Program-made: the position numbers and the translations under genes | Part shown: one piece after another, positions 13,545-50,695 of the stretch | Numbering within the stretch: position 1 is the stretch's first letter | How the letters are laid out: the number at the start of each line of letters is the position of its first letter | Source of the DNA: Tubiluchus corallicola | Taxonomy: Eukaryota > Animalia > Priapulida | DNA length: 64,000 nucleotides | Direction: 5' to 3' | Assembly: GCA_030141605.1 (NCBI GenBank) | Contig: JAQGDQ010000950.1 | Coordinates: 13,248 to 77,247 of the forward strand | Notes under the pieces: model-generated | Seen by the model: the letters and a program-made list of their open reading frames with translations, nothing else | The model's database searches: none | What the model was told of the DNA's origin: nothing

Positions 13545-13706
13545 CTTTTCACAAGCGCATCGTGGCTTTCCGTAAGCACATCGTTGCTTTCCGTAAGCAC
13601 ATTGTAACTTTTCATAAGTGCATCGTGGCTTTTCGTAAGCGACTTGACTTTTCGTAAGTGCATCGTGACATTTCGTAAGCGCATTGTGGCTTTCCGTAAG
13701 GACACT
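13545..13706 (+). repeat. ~21-bp tandem array (gcatcgtggctttccgtaagc-like), ~7 units; mirror 36990..37151
   Basis: Seen directly. Confidence 0.85.
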
Positions 13707-14317
13707 AGCGCAACTCGGAAATCGCTTTACCTCTCAGTTCAGATGTGTTAGTTTGTGACGAAATACACACGTTCGACAGCTCGTGCGTGAGTACAACAGT
13801 AAATGTGAAATTTGAATCTTTATCATAGAACTTGCCTAGTCTTATTACAACACACTGAATATTTTACAGTAGCACTGTACTTCAATTTTCACTTTCGCAA
13901 ACACGTGCAACACGCTCGTGGAATGTTTTTGCTATTGAAAATTGTGTTAGTTTGTGATGTCATCAATAGTTAAGCTCGTCCGCCGTTAAGTAAGATTTTA
14001 AACTATTTAATTAACAGAAACGCTTTTTCAGTATTAACTGTGTTAAAATGTATACTTTTTATCAGATTTGAAAATGGGGTACTATGTGAAAAATCATCCT
14101 GTCTTCATTTAAAATGGGGTACAATATGAAAAATCATCCTGTCTTCCTTATGTGCCATTTCAATCAAAGCTCAATGGATGATATCATTCAGCGATGGTTT
14201 GTCAAACTGAAACCTACGCTGGCAAGCAGTCAGCTAAAGTTGGTAACAGTAATGGCGAGAGGTTGATTTATACCAGTGTGCAAGCCTGGGCAACGTTTAA
14301 TGTGTCGGTACGGTGAA

Positions 14318-15372
14318 TTGTTGTGTATACATACTAGAGCTAGACTGATGTTATCAGGTTTGAGTGAAGCTGCTAAAATTTCTGTAAGACTGCAAGAAGA
14401 GAGAAGCGTCAGCGGGAATGAGAACGTAGCAGAGTTATAATAGGAAAGTGAGTGAGTGAGTGAGTGAGTGGGTGAGTGAATGAGTGAGTGAGTGGGTGAG
14501 TGAGTGAGTAAGCAAGTGAGTGAGTGAGTGAGTGAATGAGTGAGTGAGTGGGTGAGTGAGTGAGTGAGTGAGTGAGTGAGTGAGTGAGTTGTTGTGTATA
14601 CACATGAGTGACTGAGTTATCAGGTGAGTGAATGAATTTCTGACTGAAGGAGCGAAGCGTCTGCGGGAATGAGAACGTAGCAAAGTTATAATAGGAAAGT
14701 GAGTAAGTGAGTGAGTGAGTGAGTGAGCGAGGGAGTGGGTGAGTGAGTGAGTGAGTGAGGGAGTGGGTGAGTGAGTGAGTGAGTGAATTGTTGTGTATAC
14801 ATACTAGAGCTAGACTGATGTTATCAGGTTTGAGTGAAGCTGCTAAAATTTCTGTAAGACTGCAAGAAGAGAGAGGCGTCAGCGGGAATGAGAACGTAGC
14901 AGAGTTATAATAGGAAAGTGAGTGAGTGAGTCAGTGAGTAAGTGAGTGAGTGGGTGAGTGAATGAGTGAGTGAGTGAGTCAGTAAGTAAGTGAGTGAGTG
15001 GGTGAGTGAATGAGTGAGTGAGTGAGTGAGTGGGTGAATGAGTGAGTGAGTGAGTGAGTGAGTTAGCGAGTGAGTGAGTGAGTGAGCAAATGAGTGAGTG
15101 AGTGAGCAAGCGAGTGAATGAGTGAGTGAGTGAGGGAGCAAATGAGTGAGTCGGTGAATGAGTGAGTGAGTGAAGAAAGTGAGTGAGTAAGCGAGTGAAT
15201 GAATGAGTGAGTGAGTGAATGAGTGAGTGAGTGAGCAAGCGAGTGAATGAGTGAGTGGGTGAGTGAGTGAGTGAGTGAGTGAGTGAGTGAGTGAGTGAGT
15301 GAGTGAGTGAGTGAGTGAATGAGTGAGTTAGTGAGCGAGCAAGTGAGTTAGTGAGTGAGTGAGTGAGTGAGC
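14318..15372. repeat. Composite repeat: three related ~100-130-bp blocks alternating with (TGAG)n; mirror ~35318..36378
   Basis: Blocks ending gcgggaatgagaacgtagca..gttataataggaaag recur three times. Confidence 0.9.
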
Positions 15373-15863
15373 AAGTACAGCCGAGCAGTTGTGTATTTAC
15401 AAAAACCTGCTTTTACAGAACAGACATTATCAAGGCAAGCCAAATTTTTAGACGGGGTGCCACCACGATGTTATTCTGATTTCGTGAACCAGCTGGTTGG
15501 TTAGTTAGTTGTTCGGTCAGTTGTAGAGAATGTGGTCAGCTTCAAGCTAGCAGAAAGTCGGTAATGTGATAACCCAATGACCTGGTGACCTAGTTCTACC
15601 CTGTTCTGGGGCACGACTTTCTTTTCCCTGCTTTGTCTTGTAACAAAACACATTAGTGTAACTAGTATGAAAGACAAAACACAGTTCTATTTGCTGGCTT
15701 TTCTTGCTTACATACAATGATTTTGATTAATTAATGATTATGAATAAACGTTTAAACTTTAAATTTGCATGTTATTAAGCAACATTTTATTTTAATCAAA
15801 TATCTAGACTGACTGAGAGAGAGAGAGAGATGAATAGTCCCTTGCTCAACTCGATGCTCGTCT

Positions 15864-16243
<380 letters not shown>

Positions 16244-16803
16244 AAAATCAAATCAAAATTTAAGGAAAACTGGATGATTGTGTAAACACGAGTTCAGAAT
16301 AAAGAATGCTCTAAAATATTGAAAACTATAAAAGCTTATTTTAAATCAAAGCTTAGATTAAATAATAATTACCTCGGATACTCAAATTTCGTTAAACTTT
16401 CATAGTTACGCGCGACTCAGTGAATCTACTGAGATTGGCAGCGGCGCCTTTTTGTCGCATTCGCGTGGCCGACAAATAGAAGGCGGTGCCATGATAAGCA
16501 TGATTACGAACTGCAGTGTTAGTTTCTGACGTCGTATGATGTACCGTTTATTAAATTTGTAAGCTAATTATTCAAATATAAGGAACAATTGCTCACTTTT
16601 ATAGGCAAGAAAATGTAGATTTTGGACGGTAAATTAAAATGAGATTAAGTCTAAACAATCGTCCAGTCTTCCTTTCAGCTGTCTCAACATTAGTCTGTAT
16701 TCGAACTCCATACTCTTAGTTTGGAGTTGTGTAGGATATCATACCAGCTTTTAAGCTTTTCCTATTTTACAGTCTTGCAAGATTTTCTACAATTTTTCTT
16801 ATC

Positions 16804-16879
<76 letters not shown>

Positions 16880-17244
16880 ACGACCGAAGTTAAACAGTGC
16901 TGGATCTGCTTAGTAATTGTAAGGGTGGTCATCAGTTTACCATATTATGAATAAACTTTTAAGCTTTAAATTTCCATGTTATTAAGCAACAGACATTTCA
17001 AGCAATTAATTAACCTGATTACGTTTACGTGTTTGCACTATAAGCCAAGTACACTAAATTGGTGACTGGTTGACGGGCCGGTTAGTTGGTTGGTCTATTA
17101 GTTGGTCGGTTGGTTGGTTATCTAGTTGGTTGGTTGGTAAGTTGGTTGGCTGGTTAGTTGGTTGGTTGGTACTTGGTTGTTTGGCTGGTTCACTGCTTTT
17201 TGCTTGGTAGGTTGTTCAGTCGGCTGGTTACGCCAAGTAGGTTT

Positions 17245-17710
17245 GCACCCCGATCCTGGAACCGCAAGAATGGATTCACCCATCAGCTGTTTAGCGAGTA
17301 CAGCACACTGATCCTGGATCCGCGTGAATGGATTCTCCCCTCAGCTGTGTAGCAGGTGCAGCACCCTGGTCCTGGATCCGCGTGAATGGATTCACCCATC
17401 AGCTGTGTAGCGGGCACAACACCCTGATCCTGGAACCGCATGAATGGATTCTCCCCTCAGCTGTTTAGCGGGTACAGCACACTGATCCTGGAACCGCGTG
17501 AATGGATTCTCCCCTCAGCTGTGTAGCGGGTACAGCACCCTGATCCTGGAACCGCGTGAATGGATTCTCCCCTCAGCTGTTTAGCGGGTACAGCACCCTG
17601 ATCCTGGAACCGCACGAATGGATTCTCCCTCAGCTGTGTAGCGGGTACAGCACCCTGATCCTGGAACCGCACGAATGGATTCTCCCCTCAGCTGTGTAGC
17701 GGGTACAGCA
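17245..17710 (+). repeat. GC-rich ~58-bp minisatellite, ~8 units; mirror ~32962..33427
   Basis: Unit cagcaccctgatcctggaaccgcgtgaatggattctcccctcagctgtgtagcgggta. Confidence 0.93.
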
Positions 17711-17919
17711 TGGTAAACAGATACATCCTATTTTAAGATGGCTGAAAGATCTGGCGGGGACGCCGCTCCATTTTTAGACACGCATGTCCGGGTGTTTTGA
17801 AAGCCGCGCCGATGCTTCCCGAAAATTGCTGTTCCCGACTTTTTGTGTCTGTCAAGGTATCCCAACACTTTGTTGAAACAAATTATCTGGCAGAAATGTA
17901 AGTGTTTAAGATGGTGTTA

Positions 17920-18290
17920 GTATATTGTCAACCAATATGGAAAGAATTCCATTACTAAGCAAGCAATGCAACTTTGGAATTCATTACCGACATCACTAAA
18001 ACACAGCAGCTCTTTATCAATATTCAAGTCTAGATTAAAAAAAACATTTAATGACTCGTTCTGAATATCCGACATACGAACACGATGATACTTACTCAAA
18101 TCATAATTTCATTTTTCCTAGACCTTACTAAACTAGTTTATATTTTATTTTTGAATTTCTAGTTGCACTTATAGTTTAGCTTGCACCAGACGCATTTGCC
18201 CAGAACAGTGTATGTTTTTTATATGAACTAACACTGATTGTCTGTCTTTTATTATGATGGTCAATGTTTTTAAATGGCAAATAAAGATTT
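17920..18290 (+). mobile_element. Short LINE 3' remnant (L2/Crack-like); mirror ~32382..32752
   Basis: The + strand reads NQYGKNSITKQAMQLWNSLPTSLKHSSSLSIFKSRLKKTF, followed by a 3' UTR with aataaa. Confidence 0.7.
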
Positions 18291-18464
18291 TACTACTACT
18301 ATTATGACAGATAGGAACGAATGGAGTAAACAAAACGCTATTAAATTGAAACATAAAAGGGAAAAAGTAAAGCAGGCAAAACTGGATTTGAACCAGGGTT
18401 TACAAGTCTGATGTCCTGTCGTCAGATCTTAATTCAGGTATTAAGGGTTTACCAGGCTAAACAA

Positions 18465-18779
18465 AGAGGGTTCTTAATAGCATTCTAGACCCCCGGGGCA
18501 AAGCAGTGCACTGGGGGACCCCTACCTACACAACCACTCACAGGAATAAGAATGTAAATGGTTGATAAAATTAAATATATATTTATTGTATTGATACTTG
18601 CATCAAAATTAGTGTTTAAACATTTAAAACATGCTGTACAGTAAAGATTCATCAGTACAAACATTTGAACAAGGTAACATGAGCCTTGAGAAACTCTACG
18701 TAAATGTTAGCATGGGGTCCCCATGCTCGTGGGGCCCCGGGGCAACTGCCCAGCGTGCCGGTGCATTAAGACAATTCTG
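18465..18779. mobile_element. Degenerate hAT-like MITE with GGGGCCCC subterminal motifs; mirror ~31895..32207
   Basis: Imperfect terminal inverted repeats (tcttaat...attaaga) and GC-rich ggggcccc blocks at both ends. Confidence 0.5.
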
Positions 18780-18978
18780 AGAAACGAAAAACTTCTGACT
18801 ACAAAAATGATAATGGATTAATGACGATAAGCCTTCTCATAAGTTTCATGGTCTTAGGTGAAAGATCTTTGCTCTTAGAATCAGGACTCTATTTCTTTAT
18901 TCTTTCGTTTAATTCATACAGTTTGACCAAAATTGTTATTCTGACCAAAAATGAATCATAACAAAATGAAAAAATAAA

Positions 18979-19375
18979 TGTTCTGTTCTGTTCCGTTCCA
19001 TTCCGTACCGTATTGTACCGCTTTGTTCTGTTCTGCTTGTTCTTTTCTTTTCTGTTCTGTTCTGTTCTGTTCTGTTCTGTTTCATTCCGTACCGTATCGT
19101 CCCACTCTGTTCTGTTTGTTTTTTTCTTTTCTGTTCTGCTCTGTTCTGTTCTTTTCTGTTCTGTTCTATTTCATTCCGTACCGTATCGTACCGCTCTGTT
19201 CTGTTCTGTTCTGTTCTGTTTGTTTTTTCTTTTCTGTTCTGCTCTGTTCCGTTCTGTTCTTTTCTGTTCTGTGCTGTTCTGTTCTGTTCTATTCTATTCT
19301 ATTCTATTCTATTCTATTCTATTCTATTCTATTCTATTCTATTCTATTCTATTCTATTCCATTCCATTCTATTCT
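18979..19375. repeat. (TTCTG)n/(TTCTA)n pentanucleotide satellite; mirror ~31285..31695
   Basis: Seen directly. Confidence 0.95.
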
Positions 19376-20359
19376 CTTCCATCCTAGCTTATTCTTATCC
19401 TATATCTATTTTATTCTATTCCACTCCATTTTAATCTGTTCCATTCTATTATTCATTTAATTTTTATTTCGTGTTACTTACAGTTGAAATACTGGGATGT
19501 ACACAAATAAATGTTTAACAAACGCTCATACAGGATGTTCAATAAAAATGCGAAATACAACTTCATTTCCAGAAAGGTACAGCAGCTTGCATAGTGTACG
19601 ATCAACAAGCCTTTTTCGCGGTTTCGTTGTGCGCACGCGCAGTTGCTGTAGGTAAAAGGTTAGGTGTGCCACAGCAACGCGTCTTAACTACAATCGTCAC
19701 GTGACATGTGGATAAAACAAAGCCTTCTGCGGCATCAGTCCAGTAACTTCAGTTGTTTTACGCGGACTTTACTTAATTATGCATTAGTCTGTGGGTAGAA
19801 TGATTTACTAGCAGGATCTTGCTTGGGAACAAGAAAAAATGAACTAGGTAAGGTTCTAGCTAGCTGTTAAAACTGTTACTATTACAACAGCATGGGCTGC
19901 GAGGCGTTGTCAAGTGTACACAAATGCGTTATCTGGTACACTTAAACTTTGACCTTTTCACGATCATTATCAATCGTTGAAACTGTGAAAAGGCTTATTG
20001 GGGGCATTGCTAGAATCGCTCTTTGGAACCACCACAGAACGTTTCACTGTCGTTCCAGCATTCCAGACGTTGCAAGACGAAGCCGTTGATTCAAAAGCTA
20101 CGAAGCAGATATTGTGGCACCATCTAGTGGCACTTTCCGTGCACGAAGTGAGATGAAGCCAAAAATGCTTGGTTTACTGCAGCGAAATTGTTTTCATTCT
20201 TGTGAAAAACGACTCAAAATGCTGTATAAACTTTGGCAGCGTTTGGTGCAAAGGTGACATTAATTAATAAATTCACAACATCTTTGGGCCTCGACAAGTG
20301 CCATCTGGTGGAGGAGAGAGAGAGCTCGCAAATGCCGTGCGGGAAATAGTCGAAACAGG

Positions 20360-20360
20360 A

Positions 20361-20391
<31 letters not shown>

Positions 20392-20438
20392 AGGGAGAGA
20401 GAGAGAGAGAGTGAGAGAGGAGAGAGAGAGAGAGAGAA

Positions 20439-20533
<95 letters not shown>

Positions 20534-20614
20534 AGAGAGAGAGAGAGAGAGAGAGGGGGAGAGAGAGAGAGAGAGGGAGAGCGAGAGAGAGAGTGAGAGA
20601 GTGTGAGAGAGGGG

Positions 20615-20684
<70 letters not shown>

Positions 20685-20788
20685 AGAGAGTGTGAGAGAG
20701 GGGGACAGAGGGGAGAGAGAGAGAGAGGGGGGAGAGAGGGGGAGAGAGAGAGAGAAAGAGAGAGAGAGAGAAACAGAGAGAGAGAGAG
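20360..20788. repeat. (GA)n microsatellite; mirror (TC)n ~29843..30300
   Basis: Seen directly. Confidence 0.95.
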
Positions 20789-20789
20789 C

Positions 20790-21306
20790 GACATTGCCCC
20801 TGTTCTGATGGAGAGTTTTTATCGTACAGTAATTGAGAGCATCTTAACTACACCTCTCAATGTTTGGTATTTCGCTACCAAGCAGGGAGATTGTAATGCT
20901 CTTGATCAAGTTGTTAAATCGACCTCAAAAATTATAGGAGTTGAACAACAATCTCTGGCACGTTTGTATGAATCTAGGGTCGCAAAGAGAGCGGAAGTTA
21001 TCATGAAAGATGAATTCCATCCAGGTAATAAATATTTTGAAATGCTGCCCTCTGGTCGTAGATTCTGCTAAATTAACACTAAAACCACAAGAACTTTAAA
21101 TTCTTTCCATCCCGTTGCAATTCGCACGATCAACAGTAAATTTCAGTAAATCACCAATATTAATTCTCTATGTCACTGAACAACTGATTGACTTATTTCT
21201 GTTAATCTCCTTGTTGTTTCCATAACTTATTGCAGTTAGTAAAACTACAGAAATTTCATTGTATGTATGAAGCTATAATGACAATAAATTGCTTGCTTGC
21301 TTGCTT
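20790..21306 (+). mobile_element. 5'-truncated Rex1/Babar-like LINE (ORF2 C-terminus, 3' UTR, (TTGC)n tail); mirror ~29323..29840
   Basis: Encodes FYRTVIESILT...VWY...L.QVV....KIIG...KD..HP....F.MLPSGRRF*...T.R..NSF.P.AIR, then aataaa followed by (ttgc)n. Confidence 0.85.
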
Positions 21307-21892
21307 ATAAGCTGAGATAATGCAACATTTGAAATAAAAGCTAGCACACCACATACAGTTTCGTGACTCTAACCCTGTGTTTTTTAGTTACAAAATGGTC
21401 GCGAAAATAACTAACTAACTAACTAACTAAATAAATAAATAAAATAATTAACAATTCGGTGTAAAGAATGAAAGATTCTGCTGTAATAAACATCTTTATA
21501 GTTTCGTTCTGCGCACGCGCAGTTGCTGTATGTCAAGTGTACCACAGCAAAGCGTCTTAACTACAATCGTCACATGAGATGTGGATAAAGCAAAGCCTTC
21601 TGCCTCATCAGTTCAGTAACTTCAGTTGTTTTACGTGGGCTTTACTTAATTATGCACTAGTCTGTGAGTAGAGTGATTAACTAGCAGGATCTTGCTTGGG
21701 AACAAGAAAAAATGAACTAGGTAAGGTTGTAACTAGCTGTTAAAACTGTTACTGTTACAATAGCATGGGCTGTCAGGCACAAAGGCGTTGTCTGGTACAC
21801 TTAACGTTAGACCTTTCCACGATCATCATCAATCGCCGGAACTGTGAAAAGGCTTAGTAAAACGAATGTGCGTGACGCCACAGTGTTGATGG

Positions 21893-21900
21893 TGACGTCA
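21893..21900. promoter_or_regulatory. Perfect CRE palindrome TGACGTCA ~210 bp upstream of the ATG (candidate only); mirror 28729..28736
   Basis: Motif match only; a near-CRE (tgacgcca) lies ~20 bp upstream and an E-box CACGTG at ~22089. Confidence 0.3.
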
Positions 21901-22112
21901 CAGCAGAAAACGTTCGATAACATTCTACAGCATTTCCTGTGGAAAACCTTATTGCTATTGTTGCGGTGAAAGACAATGATGGCTCAGTTGCTACAGCAAC
22001 AATTGTGGCACAAACTTACTGCATTTAACAGTTCAGCTGTAGTGAAATAACGCAATTTGAAACAAGAAAACAGGAACTTGGTTAAGTACACGTGAACGCA
22101 TAAGACTAGTAC

Positions 22113-23177
22113 ATGACTAGAATAACTTCTCTCACAATGAGTGCCTCGGTATGGTTCAAAACCAGCAAACTTGTGGTGTTCACGTGGCTAAATTTTGCTC
22201 TCACCGAGACTTATGGTGGCGGAACTAATACAGAGGACAAGTACCCTGATTTTATTTACCAAAACCTGCCCCAAGGCGGTTGTAGTTCCACCCGTCTGTT
22301 GGACAAAACTGCCGCTGGGATTCGTGTCGCGTCAGCAGGCGGTAATTACGTCAATTGCAGCGCAATCGAGACCTGTCCCATCGGTCCGGAGACCGCGTGC
22401 AAGAGAGACTGCGCAGACTTTTTCATCAGCGGCGTGTCCGGTGGAAACTTCCAGGTTCTACGACGGTTAAACTGGACGGAGTACGAAGAATGTGGAGTGG
22501 AGTTGAAAGAGCGCACTGACAGCAGGAACAGGAACAAGAGAGTTTGTCTTTCCGTGGTGTTTAAAGAGAAGGTTTGCCGCATTGCTTCAATGAACTTGAA
22601 AGTGTACGAAAGCTTCAGTAGTGAACAATCGACAAATTCAAACGCTGGCAATTCCACGAAGCGATCTACAGGAAAACGGCGACGACGGCAACGGCGACAG
22701 CGACAGCAAGTACTTCAGCGAATAAGGGGGTTAATGCGCGAAGAATGCGAAGTACTCCCGCGGTGGAATTTCCAATACCCCAGCGTTGCTAGTTTCGAAT
22801 TCATCAACATGTCCTTCCCCCAAGAAGAAATGGCCTCCTACTTGTTCGTAAAAAAGGAATTCATCGTGTTTCACTATCACGCAAATTTCACGTTCGTTCC
22901 AACAGTGCCCGCCAGAGGGGTGCACGTTTGCCCGTTGGACTGGAACAACGCTTATCGTCTCTGGGTGGGAATGGAACAGTGTAAGTGTCGAAAAGAGAAG
23001 GCAAAGACGAGCCAGACCCAGAGGGAAGACGCAGATGAGTGTGGAGGGCAGAACGCATGCGCAAACAGGGAAGCAGGGGGAGAGGAAAGACAAACCTCAG
23101 AGCAGTTTTCAAATACTTCCGGGAGGCAGCGGAACAGGATGAAAGATCCGTATGCAAAACAGGCCCAGAAAACATAG
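22113..23177 (+). CDS. Intronless 354-aa putative secreted Cys-containing protein (possibly divergent noggin-like), copy 1
   Basis: Only long non-repetitive ORF in the arm and visibly more GC-rich than its flanks. Has a hydrophobic N-terminal stretch (LVVFTWLNFAL), sequons NCS/NWT/NST/NMS/NFT/NTS, polybasic KRRRRQRRQR, and CEVLPRWN and EQCKC motifs. AATAAA follows at 23216. Met9 (acaATG, 22137) is an alternative start. Confidence 0.82.
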   Translation: MTRITSLTMSASVWFKTSKLVVFTWLNFALTETYGGGTNTEDKYPDFIYQNLPQGGCSSTRLLDKTAAGIRVASAGGNYVNCSAIETCPIGPETACKRDCADFFISGVSGGNFQVLRRLNWTEYEECGVELKERTDSRNRNKRVCLSVVFKEKVCRIASMNLKVYESFSSEQSTNSNAGNSTKRSTGKRRRRQRRQRQQVLQRIRGLMREECEVLPRWNFQYPSVASFEFINMSFPQEEMASYLFVKKEFIVFHYHANFTFVPTVPARGVHVCPLDWNNAYRLWVGMEQCKCRKEKAKTSQTQREDADECGGQNACANREAGGEERQTSEQFSNTSGRQRNRMKDPYAKQAQKT

Positions 23178-23215
23178 GAAAAAAAGAAAATAGTTTATTA
23201 TAGACCCTTGTGCAA

Positions 23216-23221
23216 AATAAA
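23216..23221 (+). terminator. Candidate polyadenylation signal AATAAA for gene copy 1 (mirror ~27408..27413)
   Basis: First AATAAA, ~40 nt after the stop codon. Confidence 0.4.
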
Positions 23222-23322
23222 TACAGAATTCAAACCAGAAAAAAAAGACTAAAATTTATTTTTAATTCAGGTTTGAAAATATTTTAAGCTTAGTACAAAT
23301 TTAGCAAATTTAGCCTTATATT

Positions 23323-23360
23323 ATTGTTGTTCTTGCTGTTGTTGTTGCTGTTGCTGTTAC

Positions 23361-23397
<37 letters not shown>

Positions 23398-23399
23398 GC

Positions 23400-23461
<62 letters not shown>

Positions 23462-23463
23462 GC

Positions 23464-23495
<32 letters not shown>

Positions 23496-23500
23496 GTTGC

Positions 23501-23553
<53 letters not shown>

Positions 23554-23557
23554 TTGC

Positions 23558-23591
<34 letters not shown>

Positions 23592-23632
23592 GCTGCTGTT
23601 TTTGCTGTTGTTGTTGTTGCTGCTGCTGCTGC

Positions 23633-23669
<37 letters not shown>

Positions 23670-23685
23670 ATTGTTGTTGTTGTTG
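23323..23685. repeat. (GTT)n microsatellite at the left arm/spacer junction
   Basis: Seen directly. Confidence 0.95.
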
Positions 23686-24137
23686 ATATATTCGCTGAAT
23701 TTTGTGTCCTACTCCGAGGAAAACCAGACAGATTCTTGAAAAGTTGCAGTTAATAAATTTAGTCTATAAAAAGACTCAGTTGTAAAATTTCACGACATTC
23801 AACAAGCGGTACAAATTGCACGCAATAAATTACTCATCGTTTGCGCATCCAGAAACACACGACGTTTCAGTGCCTTTAGATTCAGTTGCAACCCCGGCCC
23901 TGGATCCGCCATCACGTTACTGTTTGAAAAATCGAGTCAAATTGAGCACGAGGTGTCGCAATTAGTTCATTGAATGGGAGAGAATGTTTGCTGTTTATGC
24001 TTCGCTTCGTTTAACAGCAGCAGATGTGCTCGAAGGCATAAAGGCATCTTTGTGCATTCTTGTCTAATAGGCGCAGGGCTTGTAGTTCTCGTTCTGCACG
24101 CAAGATGCCGCTGTTAAATGGACGCCAGTCGTTACCT

Positions 24138-25525
24138 ATTGTGACGTCACAGTATTGAAATGTTATTAATTCCACGTGTATTGGATTTGTGAATTAAGTA
24201 TCAACATTGTACATTACAATTTACAACTTGTACTTTGCATGGGCTTATAGGCTTATGTACATCGAGAATCGTTTCTGTTATCGTATCTATTGCGTGAATT
24301 TTGCAAATTTTAATTAAGTATTAACTAATGAACTAGTCGTATTTTTGAATTAACTATTTCGAGTTATTACATACTCGAGGTACGGTAATCAATTGTATAT
24401 TTCTTTACTGCACATAGTGTAAATGCTGTGATCAGTAATAGTTACTGTGTTGTAAATCCACTCGAAATAAATAAAGTTTATGTCATGAAACTGTTACAAC
24501 TTGCTACACGAAAAACGAAGAACAAGTCACTCAACATGTTGGATTTATTTTACTGTTATCACTTAAACTGTTTGTGGTGTGCTAAAGGAAAGAACAAGTC
24601 ACTCAGCATGTTGGGTTTATTTTACTGTTATCACTTAAACTGTTTGTGGTGTGCTAAAGGAAAGAACAAGTCACTCAGTATGTTGGGTTTATTTTACTGT
24701 TATCACTTAAACTGTTTGTGGTGTGCTAAAGGAAAGAAAAAGTCACTCAGCATGTTGGGTTTATTTTACTGTTATCACTTAAACTGTTTGTGGTGTGCTA
24801 AAGGAAAGAACAAGTCACTCAGCATGTTGGGTTTATTTTACTGTTATCACTTAAACTGTTTGTGGTGTGCTAAAGGAAAGAACAAGTCACTCAGCATGTT
24901 GGGTTTATTTTACTGTCATCATTAAACTGTTTGTGGTGTGCTAAAGGAAAGAACAAGTCACTCAGCATGTTGGGTTTATTTTACTGTTATCACTTAAACT
25001 GTTTGTGGTGTGCTAAAGGAAAAAACAAGTCACTCAGCATGTTGGGTTTATTTTAATGTTATCACTTAAACTTAGAAAAATAAAATACAGAAATTTGCAA
25101 AAAAACTGCCTATAAAGCATAAATTTAAGATATACCACCTCTGAATAGAAATTTTCCGGTGCCACCATTCACTTGAGAAAGTTATGACGTCATTGGTGGA
25201 CTTCGCAACTTTCGTGGCTTTTCGTAAGAGCGCGCTGCTTAAACTAGTTCAAACTTCTACAGCTTACCTAATGTTTACGCAAACTTATTACAAAATTAGT
25301 TATCTAGTTTTTTTTAAAAAGCTCGTTATACTTTTGACGAAGATTGACAGTGTGTTACTTTATTTCAAGACGAATGACGTCATTGGTGGAAGAATGGGTG
25401 TGGAAAATGGAAGTGCCCCAAGCATGAAGTGACCGGGACTTTAAAGGGATTTTACTAATTACACCAGGCGCTTATTGCAGTTTTATTACTAAATCCTTCT
25501 AACATTTTTCTTGAACATTGAAATA
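24138..25525 (-). mobile_element. Spacer copy of the satellite-bearing dispersed element, with ~7.5 units of the 72-bp repeat (24517..25071)
   Basis: Flanks are homologous to 10790..11436 in reverse; the internal array has the same unit as 11808..13426. Confidence 0.7.
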
Positions 25526-25620
25526 AGCCTAGAAAGAAGCCAATTTTTGCTGTGAATGGCTTCATATTTTGTCAAGAATCATTTAATCGAGCTAGCGGAC
25601 GACTGACCGTACCAGCCTAC

Positions 25621-26199
<579 letters not shown>

Positions 26200-26761
26200 A
26201 TACTTTTTTACCTACACCCGGATTTGAACCCAGGGTAATGGGGATACAGTAAGTCTAAAGTATCATTTACAGAGCCATCTGGTGTCATTCAGTCAACATA
26301 AACATTTATAAGAGTAGATTGTTTTGACCTATAGTTTAAGATGTGTGCAGTTATACGTAATTAAGCGCCACTCAGTAAGTCGGTCAATGAGACCCTTACA
26401 AGATGACCTTGAAATAGGAACTAAGATTCTTGTTCAAGCACATGGCGTAATTTAGCAACATATAAGAAGCCGCTAATATCACCATTGGTGATCACGGTGA
26501 ACATACAAAGAGACCGAAATTCCTAGATGGTCACCACATGAAACCAACTAGCCTATACTGGTTTAGTAGCTCCACCCACACTGAAAATAGGCCTATTTGT
26601 GAGAGTCTGAAATGCTTCAAATAACGGCATGAGACGTGTCGAGTTGTTCGCGCATGATTGACATTCGTGTTTTGCATCGGCTTGGAGCATTGTGATGAAA
26701 ACATGAAGTTTTCCTTATAGTGCAATATTGTTGAAACTTCTTACAGAAGAATGACAACGAC

Positions 26762-50673
<23,912 letters not shown>

Positions 50674-50695
50674 TAAAATGCAATGTTTTGTTTAC

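Larger units (their letters stand above)
19621..21856 (+). repeat. Pair of ~370-bp diverged direct repeats (19621..19997 and 21501..21856) upstream of the gene; mirrored in the right arm
   Basis: Both start gtttcgtt(g/c)tgcgcacgcgcagttgctgta and end actgtgaaaaggctta. Confidence 0.88.

Noticed and set aside
22195-23175. Overlapping alternative-frame and antisense ORFs within the 354-aa gene and its mirror
   Set aside because: Short shadows expected in GC-richer coding DNA, with no recognisable motifs.
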